Shown: positions 1-8,868 of the stretch, piece after piece
Layout: every line of letters starts with the position of its first letter
Position numbering within the stretch: the stretch's first letter is position 1
NCBI GenBank assembly: GCA_934090935.1
Contig: CAKOKD010000003.1
Coordinates: 92,604 to 156,603 of the forward strand
Length of the DNA stretch: 64,000 nucleotides
Source: an uncultured Bacilli bacterium
GTDB lineage: Bacteria > Bacillota_I > Bacilli_A > RF39 > UBA660
Direction: 5' to 3'
The notes under the pieces: model-generated
The model's database searches: none
Seen by the model: only the letters and a program-made list of their open reading frames with translations
Told to the model about the DNA's origin: nothing
Made by a program: the position numbers and the translations under genes

Positions 1-545
1 ATTTGATGAGTTCTTTCTTTAACACTTAACTCTTTTTTCATTATTTTAGTATTAAGCGGTTTATTGAGTTTTTGTCTTGATAAGAAAAGTTCAAAAGCGT
101 TTATTAAATCGTCTAAATCGTTTTCTCCAAAAAGAATGGTTTCTTCTTTTTTATATTCGCTTAAATCACTTGGAAGTTTTGTATAAAATTCACTTCTCTT
201 ATCCTCAAGTTCTTTAAAAGAATCCGTTATTCCTTTTATTTTTTCATATTCAAGCAAACGTATCTTTAAGTCTTCTTCAGAGTTGAATTCATATTCACTT
301 TCTTCATCCTCATCCTCTTTATTTAAAAGAAGTTTACTTTTTAAATGGATTAGCTCTGCAGCCATAACCAAATACTCACTTGAATCATCCATCGATAAGT
401 CTTTATTGTTATTAATAAAATCTAAATATTGACGGGTAATGCTTTCAATGTTGATATCATATATATCCATTTTACTGCTTCTTATTAGATGTAGAAGTAA
501 ATCAAGTGGACCTTCAAAATCATTTATACTAAAATTGGGAATCAT
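1..545 (-). CDS. scpA: Segregation and condensation protein A (ScpA), N-terminal part; the gene runs off the window start
   Basis: Reverse-strand translation from ATG at 545 gives MIPNFSINDFEGPLDLLLHLIRSSKMDIYDINIESITRQYLDF...EYLVMAAELIHLKSKLL. This matches the kleisin ScpA N-terminal signature (FEGPLDLLL, EYLVMAA). The ATG overlaps the stop of the upstream ORF as ATGA. Confidence 0.7.
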   Translation of the reverse strand, partial: MIPNFSINDFEGPLDLLLHLIRSSKMDIYDINIESITRQYLDFINNNKDLSMDDSSEYLVMAAELIHLKSKLLLNKEDEDEESEYEFNSEEDLKIRLLEYEKIKGITDSFKELEDKRSEFYTKLPSDLSEYKKEETILFGENDLDDLINAFELFLSRQKLNKPLNTKIMKKELSVKERTHQ

Positions 546-1510
546 TCACAATCAAATCCTTTTCCTATCATAGAATAAGTTACACGTTTTACATTTGTAG
601 ATGCATCATAATAGTTATAATCATTGATATCCTCAGGTAAGCTTGTTTTTTCAAGGTCGATGTCTGCCTTATAAAGAATACCATCACTTGTTTCTTCAAC
701 ACTAGCAATGCTTCCTAATTTAGAAGCTTTTAAGCGATAACTTTCCAAAGTACTTAAATACTTTTCTGTGCTTAAATTAGCCGATGATATAACTTCATTG
801 TCTTTTATTTCAATTAGTTTATCATTCGCGAAAACATATTCAATTTTTCTTGAATCGTTTTTACAAGTAACACTTCCAATACCTGATTCATCAGTTGTAA
901 GAGCATATTCTGGATAATCCTCTTCATTCATAAGAACGATTTTCCCTAAATACGTGATATTACTATTAAAGTTTGCTGATGTTTTAAATTCTACTTCTTT
1001 TTCTTGGTAATCATATGTACCTGTTAGTTTTATATATGCAATTTTATTATTGTTTTTGCTGGATAGAACCTCGAAATAATACTCTTTTTCATCTAAATTA
1101 ATGACATTATTGTAACTTGATATCGTCATCTTTATCGTATTATTATAAAGAGAAAAATCTTTTAAAACAATATTTCCACTTTTTAATGTAGTAGTTCTAA
1201 GAAGTGATTGAGCTTTATTTCCGTCAAGATAAGTTTTGTTTGTTGTGATATTTACGTCGTTGGATGAATTGCCATTTAAAAATTTATAAAGAACACTGTT
1301 CTCATCATTCATCATGCTAGTTACAATCGGTAAACCGATCAAAACTATAATAAATAGGATACCAAGTTCAATGACAATCATCGGTCTTCCTATTTTTTCT
1401 TTTCGAAGTTCGCCTATTACTACCGGTTCAACATCTTTTGGGCTTGTATAAGTAGTTTCTTCTACATTATTTTGATTTTTATCTTGCATATATATCCCCT
1501 CTATCCTCAA
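542..1510 (-). CDS. hypothetical membrane-anchored protein (single N-terminal TM, Asn/Lys-rich ectodomain)
   Basis: 322-aa ORF with hydrophobic segment MIVIELGILFIIVLIGLPIV. No recognisable family. Translationally coupled to scpA. Confidence 0.45.
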   Translation of the reverse strand: MRIEGIYMQDKNQNNVEETTYTSPKDVEPVVIGELRKEKIGRPMIVIELGILFIIVLIGLPIVTSMMNDENSVLYKFLNGNSSNDVNITTNKTYLDGNKAQSLLRTTTLKSGNIVLKDFSLYNNTIKMTISSYNNVINLDEKEYYFEVLSSKNNNKIAYIKLTGTYDYQEKEVEFKTSANFNSNITYLGKIVLMNEEDYPEYALTTDESGIGSVTCKNDSRKIEYVFANDKLIEIKDNEVISSANLSTEKYLSTLESYRLKASKLGSIASVEETSDGILYKADIDLEKTSLPEDINDYNYYDASTNVKRVTYSMIGKGFDCE

Positions 1511-1544
1511 GAATAATTATATCAAAAAAAGAAGAAAAGTAAAA

Positions 1545-2966
1545 CTACTTTTCCACTACACCATCTAAACTAAAGCTTTTTGCTTCAGTAATTTTTACAT
1601 CAACAATTTGACCTACTAAAGATTTATCACAAGAAACATTTACAAGCTTTTGAGTTTCAGTATATCCAAATAATTTGTTTTCATCCTTTTCACTTGTTCC
1701 TAAAAGTAAAACTTTAACCGTTTGATTTAAATATTTTTGATTGTTCATATTTGAATATTTATTAACAATTTCATTTAATCTATGAAGTCGATCCTCTTTA
1801 ACACTTTTAGGTACTTTATCCTCCATACGAGCTGCAGGAGTTCCTTCCCTTGGAGAATATATGAATGTAAATGCTCCATCATACTTACATTTTTCTACAA
1901 CATCCAAAGTTTCTTGAAAATCCTCTTCAGTTTCATTTGGGAATCCGACAATTATGTCTGTTGTTATTGCAGCATCTTTTACACGATTTTTTATCTTCTC
2001 ATAAAGGCTTAAGTATTCTTCTTTTGTATATCTTCTTCCCATAAGTCTTAAAATATTATTTGATCCACTTTGTAAGGGTAGATGAATGTATGGCATTATG
2101 TTATCATATTTAGCAATAATATCTATCATTTCATCTGTAAAGTTCCATGGATGACTGGTAACAAAACGAACACGTTCTATTCCTGTTTTGGCAACACTCT
2201 CTAAAAGAGATGCAAAACTTATCTCTTCTTCTCTATCAGATCCATAAGCATTAACATTTTGTCCAAGCAAAGTAATCTCTTTATAACCTTTTTCTTTTAA
2301 ACAATTTACCTCTCTTAGGATATCTTCACTTTTTCGGCTTCTTTCTTTTCCTCTAGTGTATGGAACTATGCAATAAGTACAGAATTTATCACATCCATAA
2401 GATATATTTACCCAAGCAACATATTTTGAATCTCTTTTATAAGTTTCACCGATTTCAAAAACATTTCCTTCATTACTTTTAACTTCAATATTTAAACCAT
2501 CACTTAAATTCATTAAATAGTTAGGAAGTTCATGAATATTATGAGTTCCAAATACTAAATCAATATATTTATGATGATCCATTATTTCTTTTACAACACT
2601 TTCTTCTTGAGCCATACATCCACAAAGAATTATTTTCAAATCTGGTTTTGATTCTTTCAAATGTTTACATAAGCCAAGGAATCCAAAAACTTTATCATGA
2701 GCATTTTCTCTAATTGCACAAGTATTTAAAACAATGATATCAGCATTTTCATATTCCAAAACAGGTTCAAATCCTAAGTTTTCTAAAAGAGCACTTATTT
2801 CCTCCGAATCATGCACATTCATTTGACAGCCATAAGTTCTAATAAAGTATTTTTTACCATTAAATTTATTACTAACTATTGGGTCATTATAAACAAATTC
2901 AACTTTTTCTTGATTTCTAGATTTTTCTTTTTTCATATCCGGTATATTCATAAACTTCACTTCCAT
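1545..2966 (-). CDS. miaB: tRNA-i6A37 methylthiotransferase MiaB (radical SAM + TRAM)
   Basis: N-terminal MTTase motif YFIRTYGCQMNVHDSE. Radical-SAM cluster motif GCDKFCTYCIVPYTRGKERSR, which is MiaB-type CDKFC-TYC. C-terminal TRAM-like end. Confidence 0.85.
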   Translation of the reverse strand: MEVKFMNIPDMKKEKSRNQEKVEFVYNDPIVSNKFNGKKYFIRTYGCQMNVHDSEEISALLENLGFEPVLEYENADIIVLNTCAIRENAHDKVFGFLGLCKHLKESKPDLKIILCGCMAQEESVVKEIMDHHKYIDLVFGTHNIHELPNYLMNLSDGLNIEVKSNEGNVFEIGETYKRDSKYVAWVNISYGCDKFCTYCIVPYTRGKERSRKSEDILREVNCLKEKGYKEITLLGQNVNAYGSDREEEISFASLLESVAKTGIERVRFVTSHPWNFTDEMIDIIAKYDNIMPYIHLPLQSGSNNILRLMGRRYTKEEYLSLYEKIKNRVKDAAITTDIIVGFPNETEEDFQETLDVVEKCKYDGAFTFIYSPREGTPAARMEDKVPKSVKEDRLHRLNEIVNKYSNMNNQKYLNQTVKVLLLGTSEKDENKLFGYTETQKLVNVSCDKSLVGQIVDVKITEAKSFSLDGVVEK

Positions 2967-3038
2967 TTAAAGATTATAACATAAGAAAATAAAAATCTCT
3001 ACATATAATTAAGTAAAGATTTTTATTCAATTAAACCA

Positions 3039-3179
3039 CTATTTTTCATAGATTGTTGCTTGTTTTATATCACTTGCATTCTCAATCATTCGAACATTTA
3101 TCGACATAAGAGAAAAACCTATGAATAAAACAAGTAGAACTAAAATCACCCCACGATACTCATATAAAAGTTTTTGCAT
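3039..3179 (-). CDS. small SOS-type membrane protein divergent from lexA (SosA/YneA-like candidate cell-division inhibitor); start chosen at internal Met with RBS
   Basis: The 75-aa ORF 3039..3266 contains TM GVILVLLVLFIGFSLM. Internal ATG at 3179 is preceded by GAAAGGAAG RBS (7-nt spacing). A canonical Cheo box lies about 36 nt upstream. It is divergent from lexA, as sosA is in Staphylococcus and yneA in Bacillus. Confidence 0.4.
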   Translation of the reverse strand: MQKLLYEYRGVILVLLVLFIGFSLMSINVRMIENASDIKQATIYEK

Positions 3180-3214
3180 ATCAACACTTCCTTTCGACAA
3201 ATCAATCATATCAA

Positions 3215-3227
3215 GAACATTTGTTCG
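3215..3227. promoter_or_regulatory. LexA/DinR operator (Cheo box GAACATTTGTTCG)
   Basis: Exact GAAC-N4-GTTC palindrome in the lexA divergent intergenic region. Confidence 0.6.
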
Positions 3228-3260
3228 TGTCAATAATAAAAAAGTTATTTTTGTAATATT

Positions 3261-3273
3261 AAACATTTGTTTG
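3261..3273. promoter_or_regulatory. degenerate second LexA box (AAACATTTGTTTG) overlapping the lexA -35 (TTGACA 3270..3275)
   Basis: 10/12 symmetric. Sits on a TTGACA-17-TAAAGT promoter facing lexA. Confidence 0.3.
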
Positions 3274-3319
3274 ACATTTCATGTTTTTTTTGATAAAGTT
3301 TTAGTAGGAGGAATAAAAT

Positions 3320-3940
3320 ATGACTCAAGAATTAACTAAAAAACAAAATGAAACATTGACATTTATAAAAAAATATATTGTATCTCATGGATATGCTCCA
3401 AGTGTAAGAGAAATATGTGCCGGTATGAATCTTTCAAGTCCAGCTACTGCACATACTCATTTAAAAGAACTTGAAAAAAAAGGTTTTATTAGAAAAGAAG
3501 AAAATAAGTTTAGAACAATCGAGCTTTTAGTCGACAATGAATATGATAAAAAGGAAGAGGATGTTGTTTCAGTTCCCCTTCTTGGTAAGATATCTTGCGG
3601 TAATCCAATTGAAGCAATCGAAAATCCTAATGAATTCTTTACTCTACCAGCAAGTTTAATCCCTGCGAAGGAATCAATTTTTACTTTAAAGTGTTCTGGA
3701 GATTCAATGATTAATGTTGGTATATATGATAAAGATATTGTTATTATAAAGAAACAAAGTGTTGCTCATAATGGTGATATTGTTGCTGCTATGACTGAAG
3801 AAAATGAAGTTACTTTAAAAACTTTTTATAAGGAAAGCGACCATATTAGACTTCAACCTGAAAATGATGAATTATCCCCTATTATAGTTAAAAATTGTAC
3901 TATTTTAGGTGTTGCTATCGGACTTTATAGAAAATTATAA
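3320..3940 (+). CDS. lexA: LexA transcriptional repressor (SOS regulator)
   Basis: N-terminal wHTH (GYAPSVREICAGMNLSSPATAHTHLKELEKKGFI). Cleavage region CGNP. S24 peptidase Ser/Lys dyad context (SGDSM ... K). 206 aa. Confidence 0.9.
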   Translation: MTQELTKKQNETLTFIKKYIVSHGYAPSVREICAGMNLSSPATAHTHLKELEKKGFIRKEENKFRTIELLVDNEYDKKEEDVVSVPLLGKISCGNPIEAIENPNEFFTLPASLIPAKESIFTLKCSGDSMINVGIYDKDIVIIKKQSVAHNGDIVAAMTEENEVTLKTFYKESDHIRLQPENDELSPIIVKNCTILGVAIGLYRKL

Positions 3941-3959
3941 AAAAAGGAAACTGTGTTTC

Positions 3960-4820
3960 CTATAGACCAAGAGTTTTCATAAACTCTTTTTTCTTTTTAT
4001 CAAAATTCTCATAATAACTAACAAAATCCGTTGGTATATTTATTCCGTGTTTTTCTTCAATTCTTGAAAGTATGCTAGTTATGCTATAATTCAATATCAT
4101 ATTCAAATATTCTTCAAAGTATTCATTGTTTTCCTTTATATAAGCTGATGATTCGGGATTGAATGAATAATTTATTAACGGATCTATATAGGTTTCTTCA
4201 TCCAACTTTATAAATGACGATTCATAGTCAAATGTTGGAGTAAAGACTAATTTTCCATCAGATATTCCATAATATGTATTTTCGCTACGATCATTTAAAG
4301 ATGTATAGAAATGTTTAATCAACATGGCTGTGTAGTTTCTTCTTAAAGATTCATCACATTCATAGGATTTGTCGGTTAGTATTTTTCTTATTTCTAACAA
4401 AGTATTTTTACTGGCATGAATACCTTTGTGATAATTATAGGTACCGTCTAAAAAGTTTTCTGAAAATACACCGATGATATCATCGTCGTCTGTTGCAAGG
4501 CTATAGTGGATAGTAGGAATACCCATTAATATAGCTAGTTCTTCACCTATTAATTCATTTAATATAGCAAAATTGTTTACACGTTTTTTTAAATAATATG
4601 TTTTTTCATCAATAAAGTACCATGTGTTATAACGTTTTATAGTCTCCAATGGAGTTCTTGTTAGCTTTTCTGTTCTATCATCAGCTGGTAGCTTTATTCC
4701 AGAATTTATATCAATCGTTTTAGTTTTGTCCGTTTTTAACATAGACGTATCTATAATTCTAGAGTCATCTTTATATTTAAATTCAGCATCCAATATACTA
4801 CAATCATAAACTTTTCCCAT
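3960..4820 (-). CDS. hypothetical protein
   Basis: 286-aa ORF, no recognisable motif. A GGAAAC-tgtg-GTTTCC hairpin plus U-run (3938..3962) lies at its 3' end. Confidence 0.45.
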   Translation of the reverse strand: MGKVYDCSILDAEFKYKDDSRIIDTSMLKTDKTKTIDINSGIKLPADDRTEKLTRTPLETIKRYNTWYFIDEKTYYLKKRVNNFAILNELIGEELAILMGIPTIHYSLATDDDDIIGVFSENFLDGTYNYHKGIHASKNTLLEIRKILTDKSYECDESLRRNYTAMLIKHFYTSLNDRSENTYYGISDGKLVFTPTFDYESSFIKLDEETYIDPLINYSFNPESSAYIKENNEYFEEYLNMILNYSITSILSRIEEKHGINIPTDFVSYYENFDKKKKEFMKTLGL

Positions 4821-4939
4821 AAAACCCCCATTTGTCTTTTTGTAAAAGTATCTAGATTATAGCATAAAGAGGTGTTTTTTTCAAATTTTAAGGTATTAAT
4901 TTTTTTTAGCCAATAATGCAATTTTATAAAAATTTTTTA

Positions 4940-6193
4940 TTAAGATATTTTAAACGCTGGAGAAATACCATAGATCGCGATAGTGTTTGTATATGAAAGC
5001 TTACCTGATTCACTAACGTTACAGAATCCTTGAGCATCCTTTGCAGCAGCAGTTCTAAGCCAATAACTAGTGTTTGTTCCTTGATAAGTCTTTATGGCTG
5101 GAGAGTACTCTGTTAAAGTAACTGAAGCATTCTTATAATAGTCAAGTTGTCTTGTTGAAGCACCTGATGAATCATAGAATGTTGAATTTTCTCCCCAAAT
5201 CTCTTTTGGTGAAAACAAATATATTTTGTCGCTTGATTGAAAATCCATTTCTCCCCTTGTTGGACCATGTCCCGATATTATTTTGGTTGTAGTTATAACA
5301 TTTTGTAACTCACTTGGAAGAGCAGAATAAATAGTGTCATTAAGATAAAGTTTTAAATATGTTGAATTCCAACCTCCTACGTTAGTAGCTGTGCTATTTA
5401 CATATATTTTATCTATAATATCTACAATTTCAAATACAAAACCACAGGCCGTTTCACTTCTTTCAGTAGTACATGCACTTGTATTCATAATGCGAACTTG
5501 AACAGTTTGAGATGGAATAACGGCAGATTTACATGTATAAGAAGTAGTATTCTTTATAATTGTTCCACAGTTATTTGTATAAGAACTTAATGTTATAGTT
5601 TTAGTATCTCCTACTTTATATTCACTTGTATTACCATTTTCGATGTCGTTTTTAATAGTTTCCCAGCTATTCTTTTCAAAAGCACTGGCACCTGTTTCAA
5701 TCTCAGTTCGTTCTGTTGCATTAAATTCTAATGTACAGGTATATTCTTCACTTACCTCTTCTGTTGATGTTTTATTAAGAGTTGTTGTAAGAGTTCCATT
5801 TACTGACTTTTTAGCTTTTACAACATCGGCATTTCCTTCAAGTTCATTCTTGATACTTGTATATTTTGCTGTTGCTCCGTCCTTTGGTACACATGTTACT
5901 TTAACCTCTGCATCATAAATGCTTGAGTTATTAGTTATCGTATATTCTAGAATTGAAGTTTGATTTAATGTCTTTAATTCTGATGTTTCAAAAGTTATAA
6001 CCTTTTTAGTATCATCAATTACATCATCATATACATCTTTACCATCAAGACTAGCAGCAGTAAATGCTACTGAAAAATCATCCTCATTTTCAGATATTCT
6101 TGTATTCGAATTTATTATAAGCGTTGTTGATACGGCAGCAAATCCAATACTCATAATCAATATTACTAAAGCTAACATATTCTTATTTTTCAT
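4940..6193 (-). CDS. variable secreted protein paralog, conserved N-module + C-terminal SPAFRI-type domain; tandem copy without poly-G promoter
   Basis: MKNKNMLALVILIMSIGFAAVSTTLIINSN... N-module is about 75% identical to the other copies. C-terminus has ...WLRTAAA...GISPAFKIS. RBS GAGAGG. Confidence 0.75.
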   Translation of the reverse strand: MKNKNMLALVILIMSIGFAAVSTTLIINSNTRISENEDDFSVAFTAASLDGKDVYDDVIDDTKKVITFETSELKTLNQTSILEYTITNNSSIYDAEVKVTCVPKDGATAKYTSIKNELEGNADVVKAKKSVNGTLTTTLNKTSTEEVSEEYTCTLEFNATERTEIETGASAFEKNSWETIKNDIENGNTSEYKVGDTKTITLSSYTNNCGTIIKNTTSYTCKSAVIPSQTVQVRIMNTSACTTERSETACGFVFEIVDIIDKIYVNSTATNVGGWNSTYLKLYLNDTIYSALPSELQNVITTTKIISGHGPTRGEMDFQSSDKIYLFSPKEIWGENSTFYDSSGASTRQLDYYKNASVTLTEYSPAIKTYQGTNTSYWLRTAAAKDAQGFCNVSESGKLSYTNTIAIYGISPAFKIS

Positions 6194-6240
6194 ATATTTT
6201 CCTCTCTATCAACTTTAGTATGTGTATTATTAACTATTTT

Positions 6241-6269
6241 AAACAAAAAAAGATAGATTTAATCTATCC
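6241..6269 (-). terminator. rho-independent terminator of paralog 6289..7476
   Basis: Minus-strand GGATAGATT-aa-ATCTATC hairpin followed by TTTTTTT. Confidence 0.5.
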
Positions 6270-6288
6270 ATTTATATTTAAACTAGTG

Positions 6289-7476
6289 TTATGCGATTCG
6301 GAATGCTGGAGAGACTCCATTGAAATAGTTTGCATCGTTACTGTACCATCTGCCATCACTGTCGACGCCAAGGAAACCAATGTCATAATCAGAATAAGCC
6401 GAACGAAGCCACCATGTTGTATTTATTCCGTTATGTTGTTTTATTGCTCCTGCGTAACTGCTTGTTGTTACTCCTTGATTTTTATAATAATCTAATTGTT
6501 TTGATGTTCCTATTGATGTATCATGATCATTACCATTCCAAACTTCTTGTGCACTCAATAAGTATAATTTATCTTGGGTTTCAAAATTCGTTTCTCCACT
6601 TGTACTTCCATGACTTGATATTACTTTTGTTATTGTAATCACGTTTTGTAATTCAATTGGAAGTGCATTATATATTGTTCCATTTACATATGTACGTAGT
6701 TCTGAATCTTTCCATCCACCTACATTTGTTGCTGTACTATTTATTTTGTGATCTGCTATATAGCTTGCAAATTCTACTACAAATCCACATGCTGTTTCAC
6801 TTGTTTCTGTTGTACATGAACTCATGTTTGCAATACGCACTGTATGTGTTCCTAAATCCCCCAAGTCTACTTCTTTAGTATCTCCCACATTGTATTTATC
6901 TGTATTTCCTGATTTTACAGCTTTTTGTATTGTTTGCCAACTATCAGTTGAAAATGAGATAGGATCCGGAATGTTTACTCCAACAGTATCTCTTTCTACT
7001 GCATTAAATGTAAGTGTACATACATATTCTTCTCTTACTTCTTCTGTTGCTGTTTTATTAAGTGTTACTGTTAATGTTCCATTAACACTTTCCTTTGCCA
7101 ATACTTTCGTTACATTTCCTTCTAGTTCATTTTTTATACTTGTGTATTTTGCTGTAGTTCCATCTTTTACTTTACAATTTACTTGCACTTCAGCATCATA
7201 GTTTGCTGAATTATTTGTTACTTCATAATTTAACACACTTGTTTGATTTAGTGTTTTTAATTCTGATGTTTCAAATGTTATTATCTTCTTTGTTTCATCT
7301 ACTACAGAACTATATACATCCTTTCCATCTATACTTGCAGCTGTAAAGATAACTGAGAAGTCATCTTGATTTTCACTTACGTTTGCATTTCCATTTATTA
7401 TTAATGTTGTTGAGATCGCTGCAAATCCAATTGACATTAAAATAATTGCTACTATAAGCATACTCTTCTTTTTCAT
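6289..7476 (-). CDS. variable secreted protein paralog (N-module + SPAFRI-type C-domain)
   Basis: MKKKSMLIVAIILMSIGFAAISTTLIINGNA... Conserved blocks NVGDTKEVDLG, CTTETSETACGFVVEF, TNVGGW, LQNVITxTKVIS, QLDYYKN, WWLRSAYS, GVSPAFRIA. Confidence 0.8.
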   Translation of the reverse strand: MKKKSMLIVAIILMSIGFAAISTTLIINGNANVSENQDDFSVIFTAASIDGKDVYSSVVDETKKIITFETSELKTLNQTSVLNYEVTNNSANYDAEVQVNCKVKDGTTAKYTSIKNELEGNVTKVLAKESVNGTLTVTLNKTATEEVREEYVCTLTFNAVERDTVGVNIPDPISFSTDSWQTIQKAVKSGNTDKYNVGDTKEVDLGDLGTHTVRIANMSSCTTETSETACGFVVEFASYIADHKINSTATNVGGWKDSELRTYVNGTIYNALPIELQNVITITKVISSHGSTSGETNFETQDKLYLLSAQEVWNGNDHDTSIGTSKQLDYYKNQGVTTSSYAGAIKQHNGINTTWWLRSAYSDYDIGFLGVDSDGRWYSNDANYFNGVSPAFRIA

Positions 7477-7503
7477 ATTATACCTACTTTCCTTTACTTT
7501 TTT

Positions 7504-7530
7504 ATTTTATAATACCCCCCCGATTTTCAA
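7504..7530 (-). promoter_or_regulatory. phase-variable-type promoter: -35 TTGAAA (7525..7530), G7 tract (7515..7521), -10 TAAAAT (7504..7509); spacer 15
   Basis: The coding strand reads cTTGAAAatcGGGGGGGtattaTAAAATaaaaa. The same element recurs with G8 or G9 at five other loci. Confidence 0.6.
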
Positions 7531-7681
7531 GTCATTTTGGAGGGTTTACACTACTTCTTGTAAATATCCTACTGTATAACTTTATTATACTACATATTTG
7601 TTGTATTTTACTTATTTTATTTTTTTATGTGTAAAGTCAAAAAAAGCACTTAAGTTTTAATCCTTAAATGCTTATTTATTT

Positions 7682-7741
7682 GGAAGTATTTTTACTTCCT
7701 GTTATTATTATGTGTAGTTTTTAAAAAATATACATTATTTT
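7682..7741. repeat. conserved about 60-bp boundary element (GGAAGTA-loop-TACTTCC hairpin + TGTTATTATTATGTG + AAAATATACATTATTTTT) immediately 3' of the rhomboid stop codon; second copy at 19566..19631
   Basis: About 50 nt are nearly identical at the 3' flanks of two unrelated genes (rhomboid and mutM). Each faces the upstream end of a paralog cassette. Confidence 0.5.
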
Positions 7742-8863
7742 TTATCTAAATAACAACATGTAGATTAAAAATCCTATTAAAATAGTTGTTATGATAATTC
7801 CATTAATTGTATCTGTTTTATCAGTTCTTCCTTCAACACCAACTATCATACCAGAGAATAATCCTCCAACAAGTCCACCAATATGACCAAAGTTATCAAT
7901 CATTGGATTCATAAAGCCGATTACTAGGTTTAAGATTATTACAGGAACTATACCAGTCATCATTACATTTCCTAAATATAATCTATAATGATATCCAAAG
8001 TATAATAAAGATCCCATAAGACCAAATATTGCTCCGCTTGCTCCAATTGATGAATAATTACCTAATACTCCACTTAAAAGTGAAGAAACAATTGCACTCA
8101 TTAAATATACAAATATAAATTTTTTCTTCCCTAAAACGTTTTCTAATTCTTTACCAATTATAGCAAGTGAATACATATTGCAAAGCAAATGTATTATATC
8201 TGCATGGAAAAATGCGGCTGTTATTAATCTATAGAATTCATGATTTTGTATTCCTGTTTTATTCATTGAAAAAGCGTTTACATCCAATATTCCTGAAACG
8301 GATAACATAAATATAAGTACATTTATAAATATCAAAACATAAGTGATGATAATTGGCTTTTTCTTAAATGTTTTTTCAAATAATTTGTTTTTTTCTTCTG
8401 TTTTAACATTGATATCATTCGTAACGTTTATGAAGAAATCCATATTATCGCTTGAAGATATTTCATCATTTTTTATATCTGGGAATATCTCAAGAAGTCG
8501 GTTGTTTTCGATTCCTTCATCAACATCTATTTTACATAGATCCATGTTTTTTCGATGCTCATCAAACTTAACATTTTCACCAATATTTAAGAATATATTT
8601 AAAGTTTTACATTTAAATGATAAAGTTTTCTTTTTTATTTGTTTGACTACTGAATTTGTTTTATAGATATCAAAATCCAATTGTTCATTATTATGAATAT
8701 AATTGCTATTGATTCTTACAACTTCGTAGTCTGAATCTAAGTTTTCTAACCATATTTCATTTTCAACACCATTTACAAGTATTGGTTGATAGTTTTCTTT
8801 TGTAATAAAGTAATGCACTAAACGCATCACTAATTGATCAGTATTTGACATGTTCATAACCAT
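7742..8863 (-). CDS. rhomboid-family intramembrane serine protease with N-terminal cytoplasmic extension
   Basis: C-terminal half has GASGAIFGLMGS (catalytic Ser in GxSG) and ...H... in the last TM helix. Multiple TM helices. Confidence 0.75.
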   Translation of the reverse strand: MVMNMSNTDQLVMRLVHYFITKENYQPILVNGVENEIWLENLDSDYEVVRINSNYIHNNEQLDFDIYKTNSVVKQIKKKTLSFKCKTLNIFLNIGENVKFDEHRKNMDLCKIDVDEGIENNRLLEIFPDIKNDEISSSDNMDFFINVTNDINVKTEEKNKLFEKTFKKKPIIITYVLIFINVLIFMLSVSGILDVNAFSMNKTGIQNHEFYRLITAAFFHADIIHLLCNMYSLAIIGKELENVLGKKKFIFVYLMSAIVSSLLSGVLGNYSSIGASGAIFGLMGSLLYFGYHYRLYLGNVMMTGIVPVIILNLVIGFMNPMIDNFGHIGGLVGGLFSGMIVGVEGRTDKTDTINGIIITTILIGFLIYMLLFR

Positions 8864-8868
8864 TCCTC

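Noticed and set aside
5643-7201. Plus-strand ORFs inside the paralog genes (5643..5918, 6330..6638, 6824..7201, 18480..18695, 56312..56773 and similar) that look conserved between loci
   Set aside because: They are antisense shadows of the conserved minus-strand paralogs. Their conservation (e.g. SLTSSVDVL) simply mirrors the coding-strand conservation. They have no RBS and no independent support.
6289-7476. Diversity-generating retroelement (DGR) targeting the hypervariable C-terminal segment of the SPAFRI-domain paralogs
   Set aside because: There is no reverse transcriptase or template repeat in the window. The differences between paralog variable segments are not adenine-specific substitutions but wholesale divergence, which fits gene conversion or foreign segments better.
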